From Clostridia bacterium (GTDB taxonomy: Bacteria; Bacillota; Clostridia; JAAYHZ01): DNA of 64,000 nt. The notes under the pieces were generated by a model. It was not told where the DNA came from. It searched no databases and saw nothing but the letters and a program-made list of their open reading frames with translations. A program made the translations under genes and the position numbers. The stretch lies in assembly GCA_050950825.1 (NCBI GenBank), contig JBMNIH010000009.1, positions 201,330 to 265,329 on the forward strand. The letters are read 5' to 3'. Shown piece after piece: positions 9,557 to 21,766 of this stretch. Position 1 is the first letter of the stretch. Each line of letters opens with the position of its first letter.

Positions 9557-10573
9557 TTATACAGCCTCTATATTGAATTTCTTTTCAGCTAAAGCCGGAA
9601 TGAGAATATCCAGTCCGGCTTCAATGGACATTCTTCCCGATTTTATATCCATATCGATTCTATTCAGAAGCCCTATGGCTTCCTTTAGTCCTGCTTGTCC
9701 GTATCTTTCGGCATTGGTCATATTTTTCCGTGTTATAAAATCCGGTGTTTTCATTTTTGCCGATATATCCCGAACGGATAATCCGTTCTTTTTCATAAAC
9801 AGAATATCGTTTAAGACCATAAATTGTCTTGCGATCATAAAAAAGATCATAAAATGCGGTTCCTTTAGTCGGATTAAACCGTACAGCTTACGGTAAGCCA
9901 TATCCGTTTGCCCCGCCGCTAAAGCATCCGTTAATTCAAAAATTCCCGCTTTGATTGATGTCGCACAGACTTCTTCTACATCTTTTAAGGTAATTACGGG
10001 ATTATCTCCGCCGTATAAAATCAATTTGTTCAATTCGTTTTCCAGTTCGTAAAGCCCGTTTTCCGCATTCAAGGTCAAACGAAGAGCGGCTTCTTTTTCA
10101 ATGGTTTTGCTATGCTTTTTCAGCATTGATTGGATCCATTTGAGCAATTCGTCTTGGCTTCTGTATTCGAAATCGAAAAATATGCCGTTATCGGAGACAG
10201 CTTTATACAAAGCATTTCTTTTATCGATTTTCGATTCCCAAAAAATCAAGCAGGTACTCTTGCAGGGATTCTTAACATAGGCAATCAACGGCTCCAGCTC
10301 TTCCTTTTTTTTCTGAAACAGCCCCGATTCTTTGACTACAACCAACTTTTTGTCCGAAAACATGGGCAAACTGACGCAAGCATTTAAGATCCTGTCTATA
10401 TCGCTGCATTCATCTAAAACTTCGTAATTCAATGTTTTCGTTGCGGGGTTTAAAATCCCTTCTTCAATCATGGCGACATAGCTGCGGATCAAGTATTGCT
10501 CTTCGCCCGTGAATAAGTAGCAGTTTTGAAATATGCCCGATGTAATTTGCTTCTTCAATTCGAGTATTTGCAT
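9557..10573 (-). CDS. holA: DNA polymerase III delta subunit
   Basis: YLFTGEEQYLI, SLPMFSDKKLVVV, KIDKR, NELNKL, IFELTDAL, D..IKSG. Confidence 0.93.
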   Translation of the reverse strand: MQILELKKQITSGIFQNCYLFTGEEQYLIRSYVAMIEEGILNPATKTLNYEVLDECSDIDRILNACVSLPMFSDKKLVVVKESGLFQKKKEELEPLIAYVKNPCKSTCLIFWESKIDKRNALYKAVSDNGIFFDFEYRSQDELLKWIQSMLKKHSKTIEKEAALRLTLNAENGLYELENELNKLILYGGDNPVITLKDVEEVCATSIKAGIFELTDALAAGQTDMAYRKLYGLIRLKEPHFMIFFMIARQFMVLNDILFMKKNGLSVRDISAKMKTPDFITRKNMTNAERYGQAGLKEAIGLLNRIDMDIKSGRMSIEAGLDILIPALAEKKFNIEAV

Positions 10574-10728
10574 GATTCATGGCTCCTTTTTGCTATTATA
10601 CCATAGTTTCATAGCCGAATGAATATTGAAGTCTCGTCGCTAATTGTAATCAAAGGTTGTTATAAAACGCACAAGTTATGAGAAAAATACATGTATTAAA
10701 TAATGATCAATCTGAAAGGAAGCGGATA

Positions 10729-11715
10729 ATGACAACTTATTCTAATCGAACCGATTTGACTTTAGAAGCACAAGAATTGCTGGTAAGAGGCGAACCGGAT
10801 AAAAAGGATTTTGACGGTATCATTACTCATACCCGTAGAGAAGGGAAGTTGAATATAACGAAGGTGGAGGTAACCAACGATAACGGTGCCGCTAAAATCG
10901 GAAAATCCGTAGGGACTTATGTTACGATCGAAATGGGTAACAGCGAGTTAAAAAGCAACGAGGATTACGTACATGCCCGCTCGGCCATCGCAACCGAGTT
11001 AAGCGCTTTGATCCCGAATATCGAAAACAAAACCGTCCTTATCATAGGATTGGGGAACTGGAACGTAACCCCGGATGCATTGGGTCCGAAAGTCGTTTCA
11101 AAGCTTGCCATCACCCGACATATCCTTGAACACTTTCCGGATGAGCGGGAAAAGAATTTAAACCCCGTCTGCGCTATTGCTCCCGGAGTTTTAGGGATTA
11201 CCGGAATAGAAACGGCCGAGATAATCAAAGGTGTAGCGGATCGTGTCAAGCCGGATTTCATTATCGCCATTGACGCCTTAGCATCCATGAGAACGGAGCG
11301 GGTGAATAAAACCATTCAATTGTGCGATACCGGTATATCGCCGGGATCCGGGGTAGGAAACAAACGTAAAGAATTGTCGAAGAATACCCTTGGAGTTCCG
11401 GTTTATGCCATTGGCGTTCCTACGGTAGTCGATGCCATTACCATGGCCAATGAAACCATCGAGGCTATAATCAACGCATTGAAAGAAGAAGTCAAAACTT
11501 CCGAAAATATTTACTCGTTTATGAAGGACATTGATCCGCAAGATAAACAAGAGTTGATTTCAAAAGTGTTTAACCCCGGAGACGAGAACATGATTGTAAC
11601 GCCAAGAGGCATAGACGAAGCCATTACGATTATGTCCAAATTAATTGCCGACAGCTTGAATGTATTTATCCACCGTCATAACTACAGCTATTTGCAGCAG
11701 GCATATTTGATGTAA
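10729..11715 (+). CDS. gpr: Germination protease GPR
   Basis: RTDLTLEA, GLGNWNVTPDALGP, PGVLGITGIET, IDALA, GISPGSGVGNKR, IGVPTVVDA, MIVTPRGID. Confidence 0.95.
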   Translation: MTTYSNRTDLTLEAQELLVRGEPDKKDFDGIITHTRREGKLNITKVEVTNDNGAAKIGKSVGTYVTIEMGNSELKSNEDYVHARSAIATELSALIPNIENKTVLIIGLGNWNVTPDALGPKVVSKLAITRHILEHFPDEREKNLNPVCAIAPGVLGITGIETAEIIKGVADRVKPDFIIAIDALASMRTERVNKTIQLCDTGISPGSGVGNKRKELSKNTLGVPVYAIGVPTVVDAITMANETIEAIINALKEEVKTSENIYSFMKDIDPQDKQELISKVFNPGDENMIVTPRGIDEAITIMSKLIADSLNVFIHRHNYSYLQQAYLM

Positions 11716-11752
11716 AAGTCCCCTTCGGTATGATATAATTTAGGCATTATAA

Positions 11753-13792
<2,040 letters not shown>

Positions 13793-13820
13793 GTAGCTTT
13801 GATAGTATTTAAAGAATAAA

Positions 13821-13854
13821 TAGGGGATGAGAAATGAATTTTTCTCATCCCCTA
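13821..13854. terminator. Hairpin terminator between ligA and the AraC gene
   Basis: 14-bp perfect stem TAGGGGATGAGAAA / TTTCTCATCCCCTA between convergent genes. Confidence 0.8.
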
Positions 13855-13859
13855 AATTT

Positions 13860-14780
13860 TTAGGCATTTAAGCTCCGATAATCTCCCGGAACACGACCTG
13901 TCAGCCTTTTAAACGTTCGGTGAAAATAAGATATATCGGAAAAACCGCATTCTTTGCAGATGTCGTACTGGATACGATCCGTTGTTGCAAGTAATTCTCG
14001 CGCCTTTAGTACACGCAGATACAACAGATAATCTACAAAGGTTTTTCCCGTGATTTGCTTAAATATATGCGAAAAGGAGCGCACGGACATCATCGCAATT
14101 TTCGCTACGTCTTCCAAATAGATTTTTTGGTTGTAATTTGCATGAATAAAGTCCAGAGCATTTTGTATGGATTCTCGATACTCCACAAACATTTGATTGC
14201 GCTCGAATGAATATTTCTCATTGTATTCTTTTAGAATCAAAGCAAGAAGTTTGATAATGTTCGCTCTGATGAACATGGAAGAAAACAAATCTCGTTTATA
14301 ATATGCCTGATGTAATTCCTCAAATACGGCTTCAATTTCTTTGGCGGCATCTCCGGTAAAGTAGTGATAGGGCTCCATGAGATCTGCTTTTATGAGCAAC
14401 GGTTCGATATATACAAGGTTAAATAAAGATGTATGCTGTTCCGAATTGGATGTATCGTTGATAAAGCTATCGGAAAACTCACAGCGATACAATGCGGAAT
14501 CTTCCGACAAGCTGGTATCGAGGTAATGTGCACAAAATTGCGGTACTACTAATAGTGAGCCTTTCCCGAGAATAAACTCACGATTTTCAAACACATGCCG
14601 ATAAGTTCCGGATATTACATACCACATCTGAATGTAGTCATGGCAATGTATAGCATCTACAGCTTTTGATTTGTCGATGGATGTACGGAAATTGCTGATG
14701 TCGTTTCGAAAGCCTTGAACTATTCTTGCCGTATAACTCCGATTGGAAGCTACACTTAAGGTTTTAAAAGGAAGCGACAT
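13860..14780 (-). CDS. AraC-family transcriptional regulator
   Basis: Cupin N-terminus (HCHDYIQMWYV) and C-terminal double HTH (FKQITGKTF...CGFSDISYF.RTFKR.TG..P..YR). Start set at the ATG after AAAGGAG. Confidence 0.92.
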   Translation of the reverse strand: MSLPFKTLSVASNRSYTARIVQGFRNDISNFRTSIDKSKAVDAIHCHDYIQMWYVISGTYRHVFENREFILGKGSLLVVPQFCAHYLDTSLSEDSALYRCEFSDSFINDTSNSEQHTSLFNLVYIEPLLIKADLMEPYHYFTGDAAKEIEAVFEELHQAYYKRDLFSSMFIRANIIKLLALILKEYNEKYSFERNQMFVEYRESIQNALDFIHANYNQKIYLEDVAKIAMMSVRSFSHIFKQITGKTFVDYLLYLRVLKARELLATTDRIQYDICKECGFSDISYFHRTFKRLTGRVPGDYRSLNA

Positions 14781-14870
14781 ATAGAAGAGTACTCCTTTCA
14801 TAAATCACAACATCTAGGCATCTCTATTATAATAATTCCGGTCAGTCAATACAATTATCTCTATATAAAA

Positions 14871-14957
14871 TGCAAAATAATTCAAATATTCATTTTTATT
14901 AACCGTGAAAATTTTCGGGTCTTTTAGAACGAAGATATGAATTGCCAAATAATTCAA
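14871..14957 (+). repeat. 15-bp direct repeat pair in the divergent promoter region (candidate AraC sites)
   Basis: TGCAAAATAATTCAA (14871-14885) and TGCCAAATAATTCAA (14943-14957). Confidence 0.5.
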
Positions 14958-15053
14958 CCGCAAATGCTTAACAGTAGAACATTCTCATATTATGATAAAA
15001 TTATAAATACAACATATACATTAATGCTATGAATGAGAGGGACAAGGAGTACA

Positions 15054-16637
15054 GTGGATATCATTTGTTTTGACTCGAATGTAGGTATTGGAAAACAGGG
15101 ATTAAAAAACCCGAAAGAAATATGGAAAACCGAAGACATTTTATCCGTAATGGAGCAATGCGGCGTTTCGGCTTCTCTTGTTTACAGTCGTTATTCAAAA
15201 GATTATGCACCGAAATACGGTAATGAAGATCTGGCGAAAGAATTAGAGAAAAGCGGGCGCCTTTTTGGTTGTTACACAATATTACCGAGCTTGTGCGGAG
15301 ATTTTTTAAATCCGGAAGAGACGACGCAAGATATCAAAGAAAAGAAGATGGTAGCTGCCAAAATTTTTCCTCGCTCGCATCGGTACTTTCCCGATGAAAG
15401 GACTATGGGTGAATATTACCGAGCATTGGCACAAGAGAATATTCCTCTTTTGGCGGATTGCTCGGAATTGAATATCTCCCAATTGGAAAGTGTTCTTGAG
15501 AATCACCCGGATTTGAATATCGTATACCAAGGCGTAAGATGGGACGAAGAACGAATGATATTCCCTTTGATGCGTGAATTCAAAAATTTATACTTGGACT
15601 TTTCGGTTTTGCAATCCAATTATGTAGTTGAACGTATGGTGGAATCATTCGGTGCCGACCGTTTTGTTTTTGGCAGCGGAATGCCTGCCATGAGTTTAGG
15701 AGCTGCCCGCGCCCTTATTGATTATGCGAATATTTCGGATTCGGATAAACAAAAGATCTTCGGAGGCAATCTGGCACGTTTATGTCATGTTCCGCTTCCC
15801 GGACCCCAAACGTTAAAAAACGATTCCATTGCCAAAGAAGCTTTGGAAGGGAAACCGATCTCGGTTTTTCTGTTTGACTCCCATACTCATGTCCTGGAGG
15901 ATGGGGGTCACTGCGGAGGAGGCTTACCCATGATGAAGGGCGATTTGGAACATATGGACGCGCTTTACAAACGAATCGGCGTCGATAAGTACTGTGTTGC
16001 TCCTTGGCTCGCCATTTGGACGGATTCGGAAGCAGGTAATAAGGTTATGCTGGATATGGTCCAAAGAAAACCCGAAAGAGTGTACGGTTATGTGTTGATT
16101 GATCCGAATTATGTACAAGACATAGAAGGAGAAGCGAAAAAGTATCACTTGGATTACAAAATTCCCGGTCTTAAGATGTTTTATGCACGTACAAGAGTAA
16201 GGTATAACGACCCGGTTTATGATCCTTGGTGGAAGATAGCAAATGAAAATTCTTTGTTTGCCCTAACGGATAATGGCAGTTATCCAAGCTTTCTCAATGA
16301 TGTTGAAGAACTTGCCATACGTTATCCCAATGTAACGTTTTTCTTGGATCATGCAGGCCAAAGCTTCGATGTCGCCATTAATTATGCACAATACGCAAAA
16401 AAGTATCCGAATGTCTATTTGCAAATTACATATACATCCGTAACCCAAGGAGTCATTGAATATTTTGTTCAAGAAGGATTGGCCGGCAAAGTACTCTACG
16501 GTACGGATTCCCCTATGCGTGATCCTCGACCGCAATTAGGCTGGGTAGCTTATGCGAATATCTCGTATGAAGACAAGAAGAAAATCTTAGGTGAAAATAT
16601 GGAAGGTATACTTAAGCGTTGTTTTAAAAAAAATTAA
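15054..16637 (+). CDS. Tandem two-domain amidohydrolase-family protein
   Basis: Two Amidohydro_2-like halves, each ending D.DK.KI.G.N. The second half has DSHTH and YGTDSP. GTG start after AAGGAG (ORF track starts at 15033). Confidence 0.8.
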   Translation: MDIICFDSNVGIGKQGLKNPKEIWKTEDILSVMEQCGVSASLVYSRYSKDYAPKYGNEDLAKELEKSGRLFGCYTILPSLCGDFLNPEETTQDIKEKKMVAAKIFPRSHRYFPDERTMGEYYRALAQENIPLLADCSELNISQLESVLENHPDLNIVYQGVRWDEERMIFPLMREFKNLYLDFSVLQSNYVVERMVESFGADRFVFGSGMPAMSLGAARALIDYANISDSDKQKIFGGNLARLCHVPLPGPQTLKNDSIAKEALEGKPISVFLFDSHTHVLEDGGHCGGGLPMMKGDLEHMDALYKRIGVDKYCVAPWLAIWTDSEAGNKVMLDMVQRKPERVYGYVLIDPNYVQDIEGEAKKYHLDYKIPGLKMFYARTRVRYNDPVYDPWWKIANENSLFALTDNGSYPSFLNDVEELAIRYPNVTFFLDHAGQSFDVAINYAQYAKKYPNVYLQITYTSVTQGVIEYFVQEGLAGKVLYGTDSPMRDPRPQLGWVAYANISYEDKKKILGENMEGILKRCFKKN

Positions 16638-16885
16638 TTATAAATCAAATTTAAGGAGGGATGTAACGGTATAATGACGGAATAAGCAAAATTATTATAG
16701 GAACGGACAGAGTATCGCTAAAGGCGTATTACTCTCGATAACGTAATTTCCGTTTCCGAAGATTCATTACGGAACAAAAGCGAAACGTAAGAAGTTACTA
16801 ACGTTTTTCTGTATTCGCCGTAACGGCAATGCAGGAATAAGAAGATCCCTATTATTAATTGAAAATTTTATTCTGGAGGCTAAAA

Positions 16886-18772
16886 ATGAAAAAATTCATT
16901 ATTTTTGCTTTGATTTTTTCACTGCTATTATCCTTTGCTGCTTGTACAAGTAAATCCGAGGAGAAAACTCCCGATGTAACAACGACTGCAGCATCTACGA
17001 CGACAAAAGCGTCTACGACAACAAAAGCTACAACAACGACACAAGCAACGACGACGACAGCAGCTCCGGTTGAAGAAAACCCCTTCGAAGAGTTTTTTGA
17101 AATCACTTGGTTAACCGAGATGAATAAAGACTGGGTAGAAGGAAGATGGGATGAAGTGGAGCTTGAAGAAAGGTTTAACGTAGACTTCGATGTCTGGCCT
17201 ATGGACTCCTATAACGACAGAGAAGCTATGGCCGCCCTTATTGCAGCAGGAGATATTCCGGATTTCATGTTCATGCCTGCAGGGCCGTTACAACCTCATG
17301 CTATGTATGAACAAGGTCTAATCCGTACACTTCCTTTGGATATGATTAAAAAGCATCTTCCGGGAATGTACAGATTACTTGAAATGATGCCCATCGGTTT
17401 TAAGTACAATTTGGTTGAAGGAACAACGGATCAATACTATGGAATTACTCATATCGGTTTTGCTTCCGCTCAATATTTCTATGATGCAACCTGTGTCAAT
17501 TTGGATTGGCTCGAAGCAATCGGATACAGTGTGGATTTAGATTCGTTTAAACCGGTTAAAATTCCGACTGTAGGCTTTGAAAGGTACGGTGAAAATTTAC
17601 TTGTCGGAGAAGGCAATTTCACCTTTGACGAGCTGAACGATATCCTGAGAAAGTTTACCGAAGATGACCCGGACGGAAACGGTGAAGACGATACATACGG
17701 AATGGTGTACATCTCCGAACGTCCGAACGTTAACATGACTCAAGAAGGTCTTTTCGGATTTGTAAGCGACTTGAATTATCTTTACAAGGATCCGGTAACC
17801 GGTGATGTGGTTCCGAAATATGCTTACACACCGTACAGAGATTACTTGGCTTGGATTTCGGAAAATCTGCAAAAAGGCTATATGCGTACATTACCGGGAC
17901 AACAAAGCTGGGTAACCGAATTCCATCAAATTGCAGCAACGAACAAGGTCGGTATCATGCAAATACATAGAGACGCCTACTTGCAACCGACCAGTGACTT
18001 GTTCATTAATTACCCGCCCGCAAGCATTATTACGGGAGTTGACCCCAACGCTCGCTTTATTATAGGTAAGATCTTCAACGGTCCGGACGGTAAAGCCGTA
18101 AATATGACTTACAGTATCGACACATTCGGCGTAGGATTAAGCAGAACCGAAATGTTCGGTGCCCAAGTTGAAGATGCGAAGATGCAAAGAATATTGGAAA
18201 TCCTGAACTATATACTCTACACCGATGAAGCGACATATAACCGTTACGTTTACGGTATTGAAGGTATTCACTGGAAATGGGCCGGAGAACCCTTTAATAG
18301 CACAAAGATAATCACCCCGAATTCGGATTTACCTCCCGAATATAGAGCATCGAATATCTGTGTATTCGCAGGGTATCTGCTGCGTTGGCCTACGGCTCAG
18401 TTGGAAATCAATGCGGCCGTAAATGACGGCTATTGGTCATGGCCTGCCTATGCTTATACATACGACTTGTTTGAAAAGTATGCATGTATTCCGGAAAAAT
18501 ATATTTCGGCTGTTTACATGGGTAACGAATTATATGATAAACATACCCAGTTGAAGGCAGAGTTGGATCCTCAAATGAATCCGATTATCAACGACTTTAA
18601 GAATCGTGCTTTAAACGGTGAAATAGCCAACTTTAATACGGAATGGACCCAGTATATTGATCAGCTCTACGCGGCCGGGCTGGAAACATTGATAAAAGAA
18701 GTGTATAACTTGCAAGACTTCGCAAAATTCAATCCCGGTGACAAGTTCAAGGTTAAGGGGCCTCTATATTAA
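16886..18772 (+). CDS. Extracellular solute-binding lipoprotein, paralog A
   Basis: Lipobox FAAC, Thr-rich linker, AAGDIPD, NLDWLE, DPDGNGEDDTYG, YGIEGIHW, EW.QYI..LYAAG. Confidence 0.82.
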   Translation: MKKFIIFALIFSLLLSFAACTSKSEEKTPDVTTTAASTTTKASTTTKATTTTQATTTTAAPVEENPFEEFFEITWLTEMNKDWVEGRWDEVELEERFNVDFDVWPMDSYNDREAMAALIAAGDIPDFMFMPAGPLQPHAMYEQGLIRTLPLDMIKKHLPGMYRLLEMMPIGFKYNLVEGTTDQYYGITHIGFASAQYFYDATCVNLDWLEAIGYSVDLDSFKPVKIPTVGFERYGENLLVGEGNFTFDELNDILRKFTEDDPDGNGEDDTYGMVYISERPNVNMTQEGLFGFVSDLNYLYKDPVTGDVVPKYAYTPYRDYLAWISENLQKGYMRTLPGQQSWVTEFHQIAATNKVGIMQIHRDAYLQPTSDLFINYPPASIITGVDPNARFIIGKIFNGPDGKAVNMTYSIDTFGVGLSRTEMFGAQVEDAKMQRILEILNYILYTDEATYNRYVYGIEGIHWKWAGEPFNSTKIITPNSDLPPEYRASNICVFAGYLLRWPTAQLEINAAVNDGYWSWPAYAYTYDLFEKYACIPEKYISAVYMGNELYDKHTQLKAELDPQMNPIINDFKNRALNGEIANFNTEWTQYIDQLYAAGLETLIKEVYNLQDFAKFNPGDKFKVKGPLY

Positions 18773-18789
18773 CTAATTTAATATAATCA

Positions 18790-18833
18790 AAAAACACAAA
18801 GGGCGAGGTTTTAACCTTACCCTTTGTGTTTTT
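18790..18833. terminator. Bidirectional terminator
   Basis: AAAAACACAAAGGG ... CCCTTTGTGTTTTT between convergent genes. Confidence 0.8.
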
Positions 18834-18861
18834 ATATAGATATCAATTTCTATCTTCCTTG

Positions 18862-20322
18862 TTATAGATTTTTCAATCTGTTCAGGCTAATCCGCATTCT
18901 TGATAGGGTTTCTTCTTTGCCGAGAAGGTCGGCAATTTCGAAGGCTCCTCCGGGTGTGGATTGTTTTCCGCTGATAGCCGTACGAACAGGCCATAGTATT
19001 TGGCCGTTTTTCACTCCCAATCGTTGAACGGTATCCATCAATGCTTGCTCGATGGTTTGGACGTTCCAGTCTTCAATCGGTTCTAAAGCCTTCAACGACT
19101 CTTCCAAAAATCCCACGGAATTTTCAACGGTGGTTTTCATTTTTTTATGCGCAAACATATTCAAATCGTAATCTTCCGGCATCTTAATTAAAAAGTCTAC
19201 CATTTCCGGTATTTGTTCAAAATATTCAACTCGCTCGATCAGTAATTTGCTGACCTTGCTCAAATCAATATTCGTTTCGTACAAGCCCGCTTTTTCATAC
19301 CACGGTAAAGCCTTTGCATGGAAGGAATCCATATCCAGCTTACGAATATATTCACGGTTCATCCAGTTCAGCTTTTCCATATCGAAAACGGAAGGTGACT
19401 TGCTGATACCGCTAATATCGAAGGCTTCCGCCAATTCTTGTAAAGAGAATATTTCTCGATTATCTCTCGGGCTCCATCCTAATAAAGCAACGTAATTAAC
19501 AATGGCTTCCGGTAAATAGCCTTTTTCCACCAAATCCATGAAGGAAGCATCGCCTTCACGCTTCGACATCTTTCTGCCGCCTTCTTTTGTGATTAATGGC
19601 AAGTGAACAAATACCGGCACGTCCCAACCGAAAGCTTCGTACAACAAAATATACTTCGGTGTTGAGGATACGTATTCACTTCCTCTTACCACATGGGTAA
19701 TTTTCATCAAATGGTCGTCGATTACGTTGGCAAAATTGTAAGTAGGAAATCCGTCGGATTTTATCAATATTTGATCCTCCAATTCGCTGCAGGGAACGGT
19801 TATGGTACCGAAAACAGCGTCTTCGTAGGTGACGGATCCTTCTTGGGGCATTTTTTGTCGTATAACAAAAGGTACCTTCGCTTCAAGATTCGCTTTTATT
19901 TCCTCATCACTTAAAGAAAGACAGTGTCGGTCGTACTTGACTCCTTCGTGTCCTTGGGATTTTCTTAACTCTTCCAAACGCTCCTTGTCGCAGAAACAGT
20001 AGTATGCTTGTTTTTTTTCTACCAATTCAAGAGCATAGGGAAGATACAAGTCCTTTCTTTGGCTTTGGACATAAGGACCGTAATCTCCGCCTACATCGGG
20101 ACCTTCGTCATGCTGAATACCTGCCAATTTAAGCGTATCATATATTTTCTCTATGGCACCCTCTACCAGCCTGCTTTGGTCCGTGTCTTCAATACGAAGT
20201 ATGAAGTCACCGCCTTGGGATTTGGCTATTAAGTATTCATACAGTGCCGATCGTAAATTTCCAATATGCATAGACCCTGTAGGGCTCGGGGCATACCTGG
20301 TTCTCACACGTTTTTCTTTCAT
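18862..20322 (-). CDS. gltX: Glutamate--tRNA ligase
   Basis: RTRYAPSPTG.MHIG, LRIEDTD, YYCFC, THVVRG, KMSKR. Confidence 0.97.
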   Translation of the reverse strand: MKEKRVRTRYAPSPTGSMHIGNLRSALYEYLIAKSQGGDFILRIEDTDQSRLVEGAIEKIYDTLKLAGIQHDEGPDVGGDYGPYVQSQRKDLYLPYALELVEKKQAYYCFCDKERLEELRKSQGHEGVKYDRHCLSLSDEEIKANLEAKVPFVIRQKMPQEGSVTYEDAVFGTITVPCSELEDQILIKSDGFPTYNFANVIDDHLMKITHVVRGSEYVSSTPKYILLYEAFGWDVPVFVHLPLITKEGGRKMSKREGDASFMDLVEKGYLPEAIVNYVALLGWSPRDNREIFSLQELAEAFDISGISKSPSVFDMEKLNWMNREYIRKLDMDSFHAKALPWYEKAGLYETNIDLSKVSKLLIERVEYFEQIPEMVDFLIKMPEDYDLNMFAHKKMKTTVENSVGFLEESLKALEPIEDWNVQTIEQALMDTVQRLGVKNGQILWPVRTAISGKQSTPGGAFEIADLLGKEETLSRMRISLNRLKNL

Positions 20323-20539
20323 CTTCAATTACTCCTAGTTAATGATACAGAAAGTATAAAAATAATTGTCTCTGATAATGTCTAATAATACCATAGATTC
20401 AAACAAAATTACACCGAAATGCGTTATTTTCTATGCTATAATAATGATAATCTTTCGTAAGAGATAAGATCGAACGATTTTTTTCGGAAAGGAGCGGTTC
20501 TTCTTTTGTTTCGAAAAACGTAAGAAGACCAAGGTTCTT

Positions 20540-21766
20540 ATGAAAAAATACGTTATTGCAGGTACGGGAACAAGAGGCTTACATATGTTCGGAAAGCCGT
20601 TGGTTTCAAAGTATTCCGAATTTGCTCGGCTTGCAGGTGTTTTTGACACCAACGTAAAAAGAGCAAACGTATTTAAGAAAATGACCGGCGGGGATTTCGA
20701 GGTTTTCGAGGACTTTGACCATATGCTGGATGCCGTCAAGCCGGATACCGTCATCGTTACCACCCAAGATGCGTTTCATGACGTGTATATCGTAAAGGCT
20801 TTAAAAAAAGGCTGTGACGTCATTACCGAAAAACCGATGACCACGGACGAGTTTAAATGTAATAACATTCTTCGAACCGAAAGAGAAACCGGTAAAAAGG
20901 TCACGGTTACCTTCAATTGCAGGTACATGCCTTTTCTATTGGAGATCAAAAAATTGATGATGCAAAACATTGTGGGTGAGGTAACCTCCGTTCACTTTGA
21001 ATGGCTGCTAGACCAAGTCCACGGTGCCGATTACTTCCGGCGCTGGCACAGCAACAAGAGGATTTCCGGAGGACTTCAAATTCACAAAGCCACCCACCAT
21101 TTTGATATCATCAACTGGTTAATTGACGATGAACCTCGAATTGTAAGTGCATTCGGTTCGCTTCGTTTTTACGGCTCAAACGGTACCTACAAAGGCAATC
21201 ACTGCTTTAACTGCGAGCACAAAGACCTCTGCAAATTCTATGTAGATAAAGCGAACAATCCTTTTTACAAGGAATTCTATTTCGACAATATGGATATCGA
21301 CGGCTATGCTCCGGATATGTGCGTATTTCGAAATGAAATCGACATTGAAGATACATTGAGCGTCAGCGTCCGCTATAAAAAAGGAGCGGTGATGAGCTAT
21401 ACATTGACAGCGTATTCTCCTTACGAAGGATACAAGATCAATATTAACGGCACAAAAGGTCGCTTGGAGATTGAAAATTATGCAGGGAAGCACTTGAAAG
21501 AACCTGTTAAGCAAGTAAGATATTTTGACGAAGAACACAAGATGACCCTCATCGACATTGAAGAGGGGAGAGGAAGCCACGGCGGGGGAGACAGCGCTTT
21601 GCTAGAGGTTCTATTTAAAGGATCCGATGAAGACCCTTACAACAGGCATGCGAACTCTCGTGCGGGAGCGATGTCCATCGGTATCGGAATTGCTATCAAC
21701 AATTCCATACGCGAACAAAAGCAAATCAAAATCAAAGATATTTTATGGGAATTGGATGTAGATTAA
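20540..21766 (+). CDS. Gfo/Idh/MocA-family oxidoreductase
   Basis: GTGTRG, TEKPM, HGADYFRRWH, HKATHHFD, HGGGD. Confidence 0.9.
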   Translation: MKKYVIAGTGTRGLHMFGKPLVSKYSEFARLAGVFDTNVKRANVFKKMTGGDFEVFEDFDHMLDAVKPDTVIVTTQDAFHDVYIVKALKKGCDVITEKPMTTDEFKCNNILRTERETGKKVTVTFNCRYMPFLLEIKKLMMQNIVGEVTSVHFEWLLDQVHGADYFRRWHSNKRISGGLQIHKATHHFDIINWLIDDEPRIVSAFGSLRFYGSNGTYKGNHCFNCEHKDLCKFYVDKANNPFYKEFYFDNMDIDGYAPDMCVFRNEIDIEDTLSVSVRYKKGAVMSYTLTAYSPYEGYKININGTKGRLEIENYAGKHLKEPVKQVRYFDEEHKMTLIDIEEGRGSHGGGDSALLEVLFKGSDEDPYNRHANSRAGAMSIGIGIAINNSIREQKQIKIKDILWELDVD

